A stretch of DNA of 64,000 nt from Pelomyxa schiedti. Lineage: Eukaryota > Protista > Evosea. The position numbers were made by a program, and so were the translations under genes. Positions within the stretch are counted from its first letter, which is position 1. Every line of letters begins with the position of its first letter. This document shows, piece after piece, positions 35,353 through 47,800 of the stretch. The stretch lies in NCBI GenBank assembly GCA_020536535.1, contig JAHLWZ010000291.1:1-64000 (forward strand). Direction: 5' to 3'. The notes under the pieces were generated by a model. It did no database searches, was not told the DNA's origin, and was given only the letters and a program-made list of their open reading frames with translations.

Positions 35353-35474
35353 TTTCCCCCAACTCCGCACACCGACACAATGAGACCCGTGTACCAGCTG
35401 GATCTCCGATCTGACTTTTCTTGGTGTTATCAAAAAACACCCGAAGTTGATGTGATGTGCGGGTAATTTACAAA

Positions 35475-36431
35475 ATGGGTGACACCTTAGAAGCCCTGGC
35501 TGCTGCGGACCTTGATGTGTTGTCAAAAATTGAAAAAAATCACCACCCTGTAAGTGCAGCTGCAACCGACGAAGATCCGCACGCTAGTAATAGTAATACG
35601 ACCGCATCATCGAACAATGCCACGGACGTTGGAGGTGCACGAACGCCAGATCTGCGTAGATCTCCTGCGCCTTCTTCTTCTTCGCCGTATCACCAGCTAG
35701 AAGAGTTATTAGAGGCCATAAGGGGGTGCACTGCTTGCGTGGAATTTCTGCCTAAGCCTCCCAAGCCTGTCATCCAAGTCGATCTCGCTTCGAGAAATGC
35801 GCGCATTGCGATCTTGTCTCAGGCGCCTGGTGCTGTGGCTCATGGCTCTGGACTGCCTTTTGATGATGCAAGGTGTGCCAATCTCGAGGGGAAGAAGACT
35901 TGGGGTATCGCTTTACCCTTTTTAAAAGTGGGGAACGCTTGAGAGCCTGGCTGGGTGTCTCACGCCAAACATTCTATGATCCTGCTTTGTTTGTCATTAT
36001 ACCCATGGGATTCTGTTTCCCTGGAAAATCCTCTTCCGGAGATTTACCCCCAAGAGCGGAGTGTGCTAAGGTTTCTCACCTCCCCACGTGCTTTCTTTCT
36101 ATTGAAACAAAAACCAGCTTTGGCACGATTCTCTGTTACATTCCCTACCCAATGTACAATTAAAGCTGCTTATTGGACAGTACTCACAGAAACACTATCT
36201 CGGATCCAAGTGCAAAAAAAATTTGACAGATACTGTGCGAGCCTACAATGAGTGTAGGTTCCTGCTTCACATTTAACTTGCTAATGGTATCACATGTATA
36301 CCCCAGACCTCCCGGAGTACTTTCCTATTGTGCACCCTTCACCTAGAAACGTCCACTGGGAGCAAAAGAACCCTTGGTTTGCCGCTGAAGTCATACCCCA
36401 TCTGCAAAGCCTGGTATACTCCATTCTCTGA
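35475..36431 (+). CDS. Uracil-DNA glycosylase superfamily protein, bacterial family-4-like type, with about 3 introns
   Basis: IRGCTACVEFLP..PKPV, SQAPG..AHGSGLPFDDASGERLRAWLGV..FYD, IIPMGFCFPG..SGDLPPRAECA..W, LLIGQYSQ..YL, HPSPRN..W..KNPWF. Confidence 0.9.
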
Positions 36432-36787
36432 AGATGCTTTTTTTTTTGATTTTCTTCGCGTAATTTGTCGAAGCACAGAAAAAAAAACAAAAACGTGAGC
36501 CGGTAAAAACGCAACTAGACACCCTGGGGTGTTTTTTTAAGTGCATTGAGACTGGTCATGGCTGACGGAAATGCCTGTTTTTGTAGTCCATAATCGATGT
36601 GGTCTTTTGGATTGTTTTGACGTACTTTTCCCTCCTTTCCTCTTTTTTTTTCCCCTTCCTTAAGATTTTTAGTAGTTTGTTTGCTTTCTTTTTTCCTTTT
36701 TTTGCAAAAAAAGGAAAAGTAACACAGACGCTCGACGCTTGGCCCTTTGTCGTTGCATCACGTACGTAACCGAGAGCCAGTCGCGTA

Positions 36788-39550
36788 TGAAAGCAAAATC
36801 AACCACCCGAACCATGCGCGTTGAATCTACGCCCGTTGCCGTCGACGCGACCGCCAACCGCAACACAAACAACTACCCGATGTTGCCGCCGAAGAAACAA
36901 TATATGTTGCGAAACGCGACCGCGGCGCCCGCACCCACGCCGGTCGTCGTGCTGGTGCCCCAAAAAGATGTCACAAAAACTCCGGCGCAAATTGTCACTG
37001 CGAGCACCAACGAGCCGCCAGCTGAAATCTACGACGCCGCGGACGTGCCGCGTGGTCCCACAACTCGTTCTATGGTGTCAAAGCACTCCCGATCCTTGCA
37101 ACAGAAAAACGAGCGGAAACCTGCACTGAGTACTTCCGATACTGAAGAATCTGACACGTCAGAACCATTTACGCCACCTTCATCTGTATCGCTGTGAGTG
37201 TTCCTATTTGCCTTAGTTCATCCTTACTGTACGAAAGGCGCACCTCCGGCTTGGGACCTGTCTCTTCTCGAGCCACAAAGTTATCATCACAGTCTCCCAA
37301 GAAGGTAGTACCCCTCAAACTATTTCTGTGTCTCAAAAGAGGAAAAACCAATAGGTGTCTTTCCATGAAACAACCAAACCTCCTGATGATAGACCTACCT
37401 TCCGAATGAGTCTTAGGAGCAGTAGTGGTACTCCTTCCACTAACATATCAACCACTAATCTTTTTAAAGAGCGGACACCCAATAAGCGGGTCCCTATTAT
37501 TATTGATCTTCCAGCAAGACGTAAATCACCAGCCAAGCAAGTTTCTCCAGGTGCACCCCAATCTGCCACTGACAAAGTACTGGCGCCGAAAACAAATGTC
37601 AATAACACATTCCACAATAACAACAACACAACCATCAAGCATGCCCCTGCAACAATTTCTTCACATCAGTACATTAACACTGCCGAGGACGACCTTGGTG
37701 AGGAACCTGGTACTCCTCCTTTTTCCTTTGTTGTTGGTCCACGGACAGTTTGGGACATGCTTGTAGATGTATGCCACGTACTCCATTCAAGATAATATTA
37801 ACTCTACCTACTCTTTGAGAAATTAATTACAACGAAAAACCCTTTCTAATTTACTAAAGGACCAAATTTTACTGTTTGAACCGCAAACTGCTATTTCTGA
37901 AAAATGTCAATATAAACACCACCACATCAAATCTCCTGTACCTCCTTCCCCACCTTCAATAAAAAAAGCCGTCCCTGCCACCAAGAACAGTAACGCTCTG
38001 CCTACAAAACCAAAGATCGCAGCCAAGACAAACAGTACCTCAGCACAACCTAAACCAGTCTACAAGCACCTTGTACATTCGGTCTCCCGTCAACTCACAC
38101 CTGAAACCATGTCTTATGCAACAAGTAATCCAACTCCACAAAACCAACCGCTATTGTATTCGCCTGTGCGTAATCACACTCAGGTGCGGAATATGGCACT
38201 CACCCTTTGAACTGACTTTAATGCAGAGTACAGCTGGCTCTAAGAGGAAGCATAAACACGAGTCCAAGAAGAGTAAAACTGAACATCATAAGAAGCGAAG
38301 GACTGATCACGAGACGCACTCCTCTTCAACTGGGGCGCCCCTTCCTGCAGTAGCTCCACAAATTGGTCTCTCTTCGATTTTACCACCCCTGCAGTCTATT
38401 TTTCCAATCGAGTATCCCACAGGTATTAATCATAACTGATTTAATTTGTTATTAACTGTACAACAGTGGATACCTCCACGCCACCCCCGTCAACGTCAGC
38501 CCCTATACCAAATCAGATTCCTTTAGTTAATCCCACTGCTACCCCACCACTACACCGTCTCTCACGTTGCTCTATACATGCTTCCATTGCCATGAAAATA
38601 TGGCAAGCAAGGCAACAACTATTTATGAAGATCATCTCACAGCTCAGTCCAACACTTTCAGAAAAGTTTCTACCAAACTTTAGTATGGACCCAACATATG
38701 CTGCCAGTTTGCGGATGCAACAAATTTTCAATGTATTGCAACTCGATAATGCGTTTTTGCCTAACTATGCACAGACGACGAAAACCCAGTTTGTCCCATC
38801 CTCTCCAGAACTTCGCAATGCTGTACACATACAAGTAGGAATATCAACATTTTCACCTTTCTAATAACCGTACAGCCTCCTGACGTCGAAATGAATGAAA
38901 AGCAAACCATAACGACCACACGGCTTAATTCTAACGACGCGCTTCACCAAGCTCCAAAACACGGGAGACCAACAAATAGACACCATATTCCTTTGCAGCC
39001 AAGTGCTTCTCCTTCAACAACCCCTCCTTTATTCAATCCCCAATTGCATGGGCCAGCACTTCAGGCTATGTCAGCTCCTTTTCCCCGTGACGCTCTGGTC
39101 ACCTTTTCTGTTCCAAACCATTCTGCAGTAGGAAACTATCTGTTTGATCACCAACCATACATCCCTTCCATTTCCATTCCCCCCTTGCGTGACCTGCAGC
39201 CCCTCCCTCAGGTAATTCCTACCCGTAACTCTTTCCCACTTCTTATGTAATCTAGGTACTCTCAGCCGAACAAGTACCTTCAATCAACCCCACCTTTGGG
39301 TCTCTTGGGTGGCCCTCTTTGTGGTCACTGCCCTATGACTCCACCCAGTACAACGAGCGCCGTACCTACACATTACCTACTGAACAGGCACCACCACCCG
39401 AGCCGTTTTTGCGTCTCCAAGCAATGCCAAAGAAGTAACTGCTCTGGCCTTTCCTAAAGTACTAACACAGAATACAGCTACGCGTGGTGAAAGCATTTCC
39501 ACACCAAACAAATGTACACAAAACGCAACAAACATTGTACGCAGTAAATT
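36788..39550 (+). CDS. Hypothetical low-complexity (P/S/T-rich) protein with a basic NLS-like stretch
   Basis: Successive + strand ORFs separated by intron-sized gaps; KRKHKHESKKSKTEHHKKRR. Ends approximate. Confidence 0.45.
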
Positions 39551-39651
39551 AAGTTTTGGGTAAGAAAAGAAATGTCTAGTGACTTTCAACAAGTTAAAAT
39601 TTTTCTGCACTACAATTCCCCAGGAGGGAGGTATTGTGACTAGAACTTTGT

Positions 39652-41885
39652 TCAGGAGTTTTGTTCCACAAAGTTGCTTGGGAAGGTCCCTTGGGCTCCA
39701 TTGATTTCGCCGACCCACCAGCCAGAGGGATCGCTCGAGTCAACAATGGTAATGGTGTCACCGGCATTGAAGGGGAGATCACCCTCCTGCTCGCCGGCGT
39801 AGTCGTAAATGGCACGGACAAGGGTGCCTGGGGGTGGAGCATCTGTTTTGTGTGTGAGGGATTGAGAGAGGAATATGGGCGGGGAACACTGACCTGCTGC
39901 CGCAGCTGGTTGCTCCTCGTAGTTTTCGGCCTGAGGTTCGGGTTGGACTTCAGGTTCTACTGGAACTTCTTGCTGTGGTTCTGGAGGGACTTCTGGTTGA
40001 TACTCTGGTTCGGGTGTTGGTTGCACCTCTGGCTCCGGCTCTGGGGCTGGGGCCGGCTCCGGTTCTGGCTCTGGCTCTGGCTCAGTAACAGGGGTTGGTT
40101 CTGGCTCGGGTTCTGGTTCTGGGGGAGGTGGTGCTGCTCTGTGTTCAGGTTCCGCTGGCTTGGCAGCTGGTTTTGTACTTGGAGGGGGTGCGGGTTTGGG
40201 AGTGGTTGTAGTTGCTGCTGGCTTTGGAGCGGCCGGTTTTGGGGCAGGTTTCTTTGTTTGTGTTAGACTTCTATTGACCTCACAAACGTCGAGAAACATA
40301 CAGGAGCAGGAGTAGGTTCAGCGGGAGCTGTCGGAGGAGCCCAACGCTTGCCAGTGCGCTGAATTGTTGGCTCGACTTTTGGGGCAGCTGCTTGAGTAAA
40401 AACTGATCTCTTATCTGGACAAGTCAGACAAGTGTGAATGAATTTATACTAACCGCCAACACCAGTTGAGGATGATGTTGATGTTGTTGGTGGGGCTGGT
40501 TGGGCTCTTGACGAGTCAATAGCTCTTACCACGGAAGTCAGGGAGAAAAAAGTTGATAAGGAGGCATACTGTGCCCGAGTTTGAGCACGGGCATCACGAG
40601 CTGCTGCTGCCTCAGCATCAGCTTGAACAGCACGTTGGTTGTCACGCTTCATTGTTTCTTCTCTCTGTCTCTGCTGTGTCTCGAATTCTTTTTCGTAATC
40701 GCCCTGGGTGAGTTAAGAGTAGAAACGGTAGCGCTGATCAGACTTGTTTCTTGAAGAAGGTATCTTCAGCAGCCTTTCTTCTGAGTTGCTCGGCTTTCTC
40801 TGCGGCATCTCGTTCTCTTGCAATTTGATCTATGGTCAAGCCTAACCTAGAGTGAGACATAACGGAATTAATGGCCTTGACAAACTTCGGGACTCTGCAT
40901 CTTTTTGCCTCCTGGCTTCACGTTCCTTATATTCCGCTTCTGCCCTAAGCCTTTCAGCCTGTTCCCCATAGTTAGCCATAAAATTTTGTAAACAGCCTCG
41001 TTTACATTGTACTGGTCTTGTCTCCTTTTCTGTTCAAGCTCGAAACCGTGAAGACGATCATCTTGCGCTCTACCGTTGTTACCTTAAAGGCCAAACGAGG
41101 ATATGAAATACTTGAAGAAAGCTTGCTCCTTCTCAATTTTGGCTAATTCGTCACGCTTTCCAGCGTCTGCGGCTACCTTCCTTCTCTCTTCAATATCAGC
41201 ATCACGGGCTGCCTGTTTTGCCAAACGGTCATCCTCCCTGGAACAATTAGAAATAACCATTTTTATCCAGTTACCTGGCCTTAGCCATTCTTTCGCGGTC
41301 CTCTTCCCTTGCCTTCCGTTCTGCTGCAGAGCGTGCCTGAAACTCCTCTACACGTTTGAGGGCTGCTGCTTGCCTTCTTTCGAATTCCTTTCCATTTTTT
41401 GAAATTTGTTGTGTGGTGTGCTAGTATGTACCTCAACACGCACTCGTTCAGCAGCCGTATCTTTCTCAATTTGTTGTTTCTTTGCCACATTCTAATGCAA
41501 AATCAGCTTGTCAAATTTGGTTTGAGTTTTGTTGAAGTACTGTGGAATTAATTCCTCTCTCGCGATCAGCAGCAACCTTCCTGTCACGCAAAGCCTATAT
41601 TTTACATGTCACATTATAGTAGGAAAAGCTTAAACTGGTTCTGGGATGTAAACCTGTGCAGCACCAGTGGCAGTCGCGGATGTTTTGGTCACTTTTGCGA
41701 TTGTACCATCACTCTTAATGTTTTCTTGCTTCGACGTGTTCTTGGATACAAGTTAAAACGAGTGCAACAACGAGGGGAAAAAGAAAAAAAAAACGCAGGG
41801 CATCGCATACGACGTAATCGGATTCAGTCTCCCAATCATCGTCGTCAGTGCTTTGAAGTGCCGCAGCGTTCGCTGTCCTGGACAT
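39652..41885 (-). CDS. Cortactin/HS1-like protein: N-terminal acidic DDW motif, coiled coil, PE-rich linker, C-terminal SH3
   Basis: Exons 1-2 read [25 protein letters not shown]|NTSKQE. PEPEPE repeats. SH3 [37 protein letters not shown]. Confidence 0.8.
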
Positions 41886-42070
41886 CTTTAAGATCTTGCT
41901 GTTGTTACGGTCGCTTCGACTTCGGCAAGGTTTTTTGGTTTTTGTTTGTTTCTCTGTCTTTTTGTTGAATTTTTTCGTGCCCTGAGCGACGTTTTAGGGG
42001 TTTGAGGGGCTATTTTTGGCCGCATATTTTATTGCAAATTGGGTGTGTTTCGGGCTGCAACAACAGAGCC

Positions 42071-44701
42071 TCAGGGCTTCCACACAGGCTCAAATATGTG
42101 CACGTTCCTTGCGTGAGTAACTGCCAGAGTCAGAGTATCCGGCCCCTGGGATTCCATGCTGCCGGATTCATATCCCACTAATCCGCGGCTCACAGTGGCG
42201 CCAGTGTCAGTGCAGTACAGGCTTAGCTCATGTGTGTCCCCGCCGGTTACAATGGCGCGCCCGCGGTGCACGAACCGCGCACTGCGGATAGTATTCGGTA
42301 TGGAATGCGTGTGCCCGGTGTCTATTTTGTGGTTTGGTTGTATGGGAGGAGAGGGGAAAAAGTCAGTAATAGGCCGGGGTATGCGCTTGGGTTTACATTC
42401 AAATACTGGCTTGTCGAGTCTTCTAGAGTCATGCAGTAGAATAATCTTATCGAGAGCAACGGAAAGAAATCTATACTCGGAAGCGGGTTCCCATTCAACG
42501 TAGTTAACTATTGCCTTTCTTAGAAACGTTCCACACACCTAAAAATACAGTGAGCCTTGGGTAGGACAAAGATGGTCAGAATATAAGTATTACTTACTGT
42601 TGAATTGCGTGGGTCAAACAGGCATATTTTTGCATCGTTTCCCCCAGATAAAATCATTCCAGACATCGAATTGAGATGAGCGCACTTCACAACAGATGTG
42701 TGTACATTGTCATATTTGTTGACAACTTCAAGATTGGCGGATCTGAAAACTGTGTGAGAACAATGACGCTAATTGAGAAATAATATACCCAATTCGCAAC
42801 ACAACCACATGGGCTGACTTGGTGCCAGCAACTCCTGTTCCACCATATTCATGAAAGGAAAATATCCCCGAGCCAATAGAAACTTTGGACCTCATGACTA
42901 GGGAACCACTCTTTGCGCTCGATTTGTGCACATCCCACAGCATAACAGCTCCATCATTTCCAGAACTCAGAAGAACGTCCGGATGGGAATTGTCACTTAA
43001 CCACTGCACATCAGAAATCCACCCTCTGTGGGCCTGGAATGAGACAAGAGGATTCATATCACTTTCAGATTCATTAGGGCAGTTCTGGCTTCGTGAAACA
43101 GGGGCACATGGCCATATGGCAACACGTCCACCATGTCCACCTGCGGCCAAAACATCACCAGCATGTGAGTAACTCATTGAATAAATGCGAGTTAGCTTTG
43201 GGTCTACAAAGTGTGTTCCAGGACTCACAAGCTTAAATCCAATAAGGTGTGCATTCGATGGGATAGCACCTCTAGTGGCATTTGTATCGCTAATTGTATT
43301 TTCACATCTATACTTCAATATCAACGAGTCTGACTCCGTTTCTATCCCCATTGTCTCCCTCTTTTGTGGAGGTAAGTTGTTGTCCTTGGTAGCTGCGGCT
43401 TGGTCTGTAGGTAATATCTTGCCAGTGCTTCTTGTTCTGTAACGGTGAGTGATTTCTACGACTCTTTTTTCTCTTTTTGGTTTTGGTTTTCGGTCCTTAG
43501 TCTGTGCTTTTGGAGTCATGGCGGACATTGCAGCAGAAATACCCAATTGTGCAAGTGCCTCTTGATTTTCCTTTTTCCTCTGCAGCCTTTGCTTCTCATA
43601 CTCACACAACTCCTGCTCATTTGATTCAGGATTTTTTGAGTCCTCATCAGACTCGGACCCGTCAGAGTCGTCATCTGATCCAGAACTTTCCGAGTCAGAC
43701 CCACAGGAACTTGATTCGGCACTGTCGCTTTCTTCTTCAGGAATCCGTGTATCTTTGACATTTGCACGATGGCTGGGCGTCGCCGGATGCCGTCCCCCAC
43801 GCACAGGCGGTTTCTTCCAAGAAGGTTGTTTCCTTTTATGTGGAACGTGTGCTGTTACCACCCCAACACCACTTCTCGCAGCTCCAGGCATGATTTTGCC
43901 ATTCCCATTCCCGTTGCCACTGTGATTGATATCGTGACTGTGATTGTTATTTTGATTGCCACTGCCACTGCCGTTGTCATCGTCGTCGTAATCATCATCG
44001 GTGCCTTTTCCTTTTCCTTTTCCTTTCCCTTTGCCTCTGCCTCTGCCTTTGAATCCGCCATTTGCGACGCCGCCCACAACGACGCCCTCGCCTCCCCCGT
44101 CGTCGTGCCAAGCTTCCGTGCCAGTGCCCTTGGCCTTGGCAGCACTGACGTCGCAGGCAGCACCGACCCTGGGCCTCTTTGGGCGCCCCTGCGCCACAGT
44201 CGCGTCTCGCTCCCCGTCGCCCTCCCCCGCGTCCGCCGCCGCCCCCTTGGGTGCCCGCGATGCCTTGCTGCTGCAGTTGCCGTTGCCGCTGCTCCTGCTG
44301 TTGCCTTTGCTGCTAGTCGCGGCGGCATTGCACTTGCTGCCTCCTTCCCCCGCTGCCGCCGCGCCCTCGCTTTTGCTCGTTGCTTGCGCCTCGCTCGCAG
44401 CCGTCGTACTACTAGTAGCGGTCGTTGTGGTGCACGAGGAGCAAGACCGCTCGCGTGCCTGCTCGCTCTTGTTTCCCGAGTCCGAGGATGAGGAGGAGGC
44501 TGCGCCGCCGCCGCCACCACCAGCAGCAGCACGACTGCAGTCGCGGGCTCCATCTCCGTCGCCACTGTCGTCGGCACTGGGTGCAGCACACGGGGTGTTG
44601 GACGCCGCCTCTCCGTCACCAAACGAGGACGAGGTACCGGTACCCGGCGATGCTCGGCGCCCCGACTTGGGACCGAAGAATGAGAAGAGGTCCCGCTGCA
44701 T
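42071..44701 (-). CDS. WD40-repeat protein, WDR76/Cmr1-like, with an N-terminal PIP box
   Basis: LCEYEKQRLQRKKENQEALAQLGI (Cmr1/WDR76-type helix); RIYSMSYSHAGDVLAAGGHGGRVAIW; AHRGWISDVQW..LLSSGNDGAVMLWD. Starts MQRDLFSFF. Confidence 0.78.
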
Positions 44702-44822
44702 CGTGGTTGCCGGCGTCAGGTATCGATCAAAGATTTTTTTGTGATGTGTACTGACTAATTATTGAGATTGGATGCATCTTTTTTTTTTTTATGAACAAAT
44801 GTGGTTCTGAGTACTCCATGTG

Positions 44823-47800
44823 TTAGAAGCTGTGGTTTGTTAGTTGGCCGGGTTTCTGGTTTGTTTTTCGTACGTACTCATCAAAATTCTGGGATAGAGC
44901 CCCCATTAACTCTGATGTATCAGGTGATTGTGGTTGTACTTCCGGTTCTTGGAGAGTTGGCTGCAATGGATTTAATTTGAATTTTGACCAAGGTGAAAGA
45001 AACCTTATGTGGCTCCTCTTCCTCAGTTGCGTCCGCGGGTTTATCTTCTTCTTCTTCTCCATTTGCACTAGGGTTGATGACCTCAGGCTTTTCCGAGATG
45101 CTGATTTCCGCTTTATGTTGTTCTTCAGCGTTGTCCATTCTTTGGTTGTTGTTGGTTGGGTAGAGAAGGTTTAGAAGGGATTCATGGGATAGCTGTAAGA
45201 TTACCTTGTGTCATCATTGCCATCGTCATCATCCGCTGATGGCTCTGAAAGCCAGGAGGCCTTTTTCTTTGGAGGGTCTGATGGCGCTTGAATAGGCTGT
45301 TGCTGCACTGCAACAGGTAGTTTCGTGTCATTGTTGTTGCTTGGATTGGTGGTTTTTTGAGTGCTGGTATTCGTTTGGTTATTGATGTTTAGTGGGGGTG
45401 CCGGAGTGGAATTTTGTGCAGTGGCTTGGGAAATGGCTTGATTTTGGGTGTTTGATGCATTCCTGAGTGAAACAGAGGGTGCCGAGAAGTTGGACTTGGG
45501 TACGATGTGTGTCAAACTGCCCTCTGGGAATGTTCCAGAAGACTCGGAACTTGAATCTTCTTCTTGAGTAAAGTCAACACTCCTTGTGGGAGGCATAGGC
45601 TTAATGGGTGTAATGTTCTCATTGTTCCGTGTGGACTGCAAAAACGGAGTGGACTTGTTAAACGGCGCGTTCCTTGAGTAATTGGTACTCGGGATTGGAG
45701 AGGCGTGTTTCTTGGTTGTTACTGTGCTCATTGGCTGCATTTCTCAAAAATGATAATGAACATAAGAAACAGTGAAAACTTCCCAAGCACAACATACTTG
45801 TCTTGATTGAGATTTCTATATACAATGTCAAATGAGATTTAAAAAGTTGTAACAGCTACCATTTTGTCCATAAAACTATAATCACTGGCCGTCATCTCCG
45901 GTTGCAGGATTAACTTTGGATATAAACTGGAAACACCAAGTACGGAAGCGTTCATAGGTGAGGAAGGAGCTCCAGTGGTACCCTCAATACCAATGTTGGG
46001 ATATTTGGGTGACACAGGATAACTTGGAACAGAAGGAAAAGGTGTGACATGAGATTGCCTAAGTGCCAACCTCAATTCGTCGTTTTCTTGCTGCAGGTAC
46101 ACGACTTGATTTTTCTTAATTCAAGGTGAGTTTTCCGGATACAAAAAAAAGGTACAACAAAATGGGCTGCTTGTTGTTGGGTAGAATCCAAAAGAATCTC
46201 CAACTCTTGAACCTTTTCAGTGTGTTGAAAAAGTGCGTTACTAAGTCCGAAACCTTTATTGCACACTGATCAGCATGCTGTTTCATGGCATATGCATTTT
46301 CTTCTCGGAGTTCTTGCAACTCCTTCACGGAGATAAATTGACTACTGTGTGGAATGAAAAAACCTGTTCTTGAAGTTCTTCTAACACTTGTTTTTGGGTT
46401 GTCATGATTTGTATCTGTTTGTGGTGTTCAGCTAGCATCCTAAATAGCATTGGGTCCACTTAAGTCTTCACAATGAAGAGCAAACATTTCAAGAGAGCTG
46501 ATTTTTTCTCGCATACTAGTTTCATTGCCTTGTTCTGTGGGTAATGGCTCTCCTTTTTCTGTTAGGTGAGCCTGAGTCTCCTCAACCTGGTGAATTAAGA
46601 AATTTTTAGTTCAGTGCACCAAACCTGCTTGTGTAATTTTTTTGTGAGTTGCTCTATTGTCCTCTGAGCCGCTGCAAGTCGTTGCTTGTATTCTATCAAT
46701 TCATCTGCTACAGGAGCCCCCGATTGTAAATGTTTATCAGTTGGAAGAGATGTGGCTGTCATTAGCCTCAAAGTTTCTCCTAAAAACCACGTTGTGGAAA
46801 CCATAGAGATTGAATATGCAAACTTTCTAGACGAGCACGATCTCGGGCAAACGTCTCTCTTTCATCTTGAAATTTCTTTTCAAAATTTTCGCGATGCCTG
46901 AGATTGTTAATGTAGAGAATTTCAACAAGGTTACAACTGTTGAAATTCTTCAGACATGGCTTTCCTCGAAGTATCCAATTTTTTCTCCATCTCTCGTGCT
47001 TTAGTCTCAAGTGCCAGCTCTTTATCATGCAAGGAGGACTGATTGAAATAAGTTGAACAGAACCGTAAAAAAAAAAACCTCCTGGGATCGCAATTTCCTA
47101 AGTAATGCTTCTTGTTCGCGCTGAGAACAGTGAGGGAAAGGGATTTTAGAGTTCATGTACCCTCATTTCAGAGTCTTGACGCCTGAGTGACTCTATTTCA
47201 CTAAGCAGCTGCTGTCTTTGCTCGTAATACGTTCGTTCTAATTCCTTATGGTGATTAAATAAATAGTAGGCAAAAATATTCTTTTTCCAACCTGTTCCCG
47301 CTTCTTCATTGCATTAACTCTTTGAGAATCAGCATCAGTTACTTTTGCAACACGCTCAAGATATTGAGAATCAAGTGTTGCTTGCAATTCGTTTAGTTTG
47401 GCACTCCATTTGGCTTCTTCCTCAGCCCGTATATTAGCCGATTCTATGCGTTTAAATTCTCGTATCTGGTAAATTTAGAAAAAGACAAAGTGCATTGTAA
47501 TTACCTGTGCCGCAAGATCTGATGCTGCTCGATCGTTACATTGTTTTTGAAACTCTGCCATACGTTGTTCAAGTGTTTGTATTAAATTGGTGGGATTATC
47601 AGATCTGTGGAGTTCTTCATCAATTTGCCGTAGTTTTTCATCTTTTTTTTGAATCAGATATTATGTGCGTGTATGATCCACTACAACCAATAGTAGATTG
47701 CTCAGTTTGAGTCGTTTTTTCAACACATGACGAGGTCTGACACAGAGAGAGCAAGAGCTTGTGTAAAACACTTTCAGTACTGCTATTAACAGAAGATCCA

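Noticed and set aside
36515-36538. Hairpin plus T-run (gacaccctggggtgttttttt) downstream of the bacterial-type UDG, resembling an intrinsic terminator
   Set aside because: The stem is short, T-runs are ubiquitous in these spacers, and a relic terminator is unlikely to persist in an intron-bearing gene.
43769-44754. Several overlapping plus-strand ORFs (also 7-548, 48790-49763, and minus-strand 13743-14414)
   Set aside because: GC-rich shadow frames of low-complexity first exons; no motifs.
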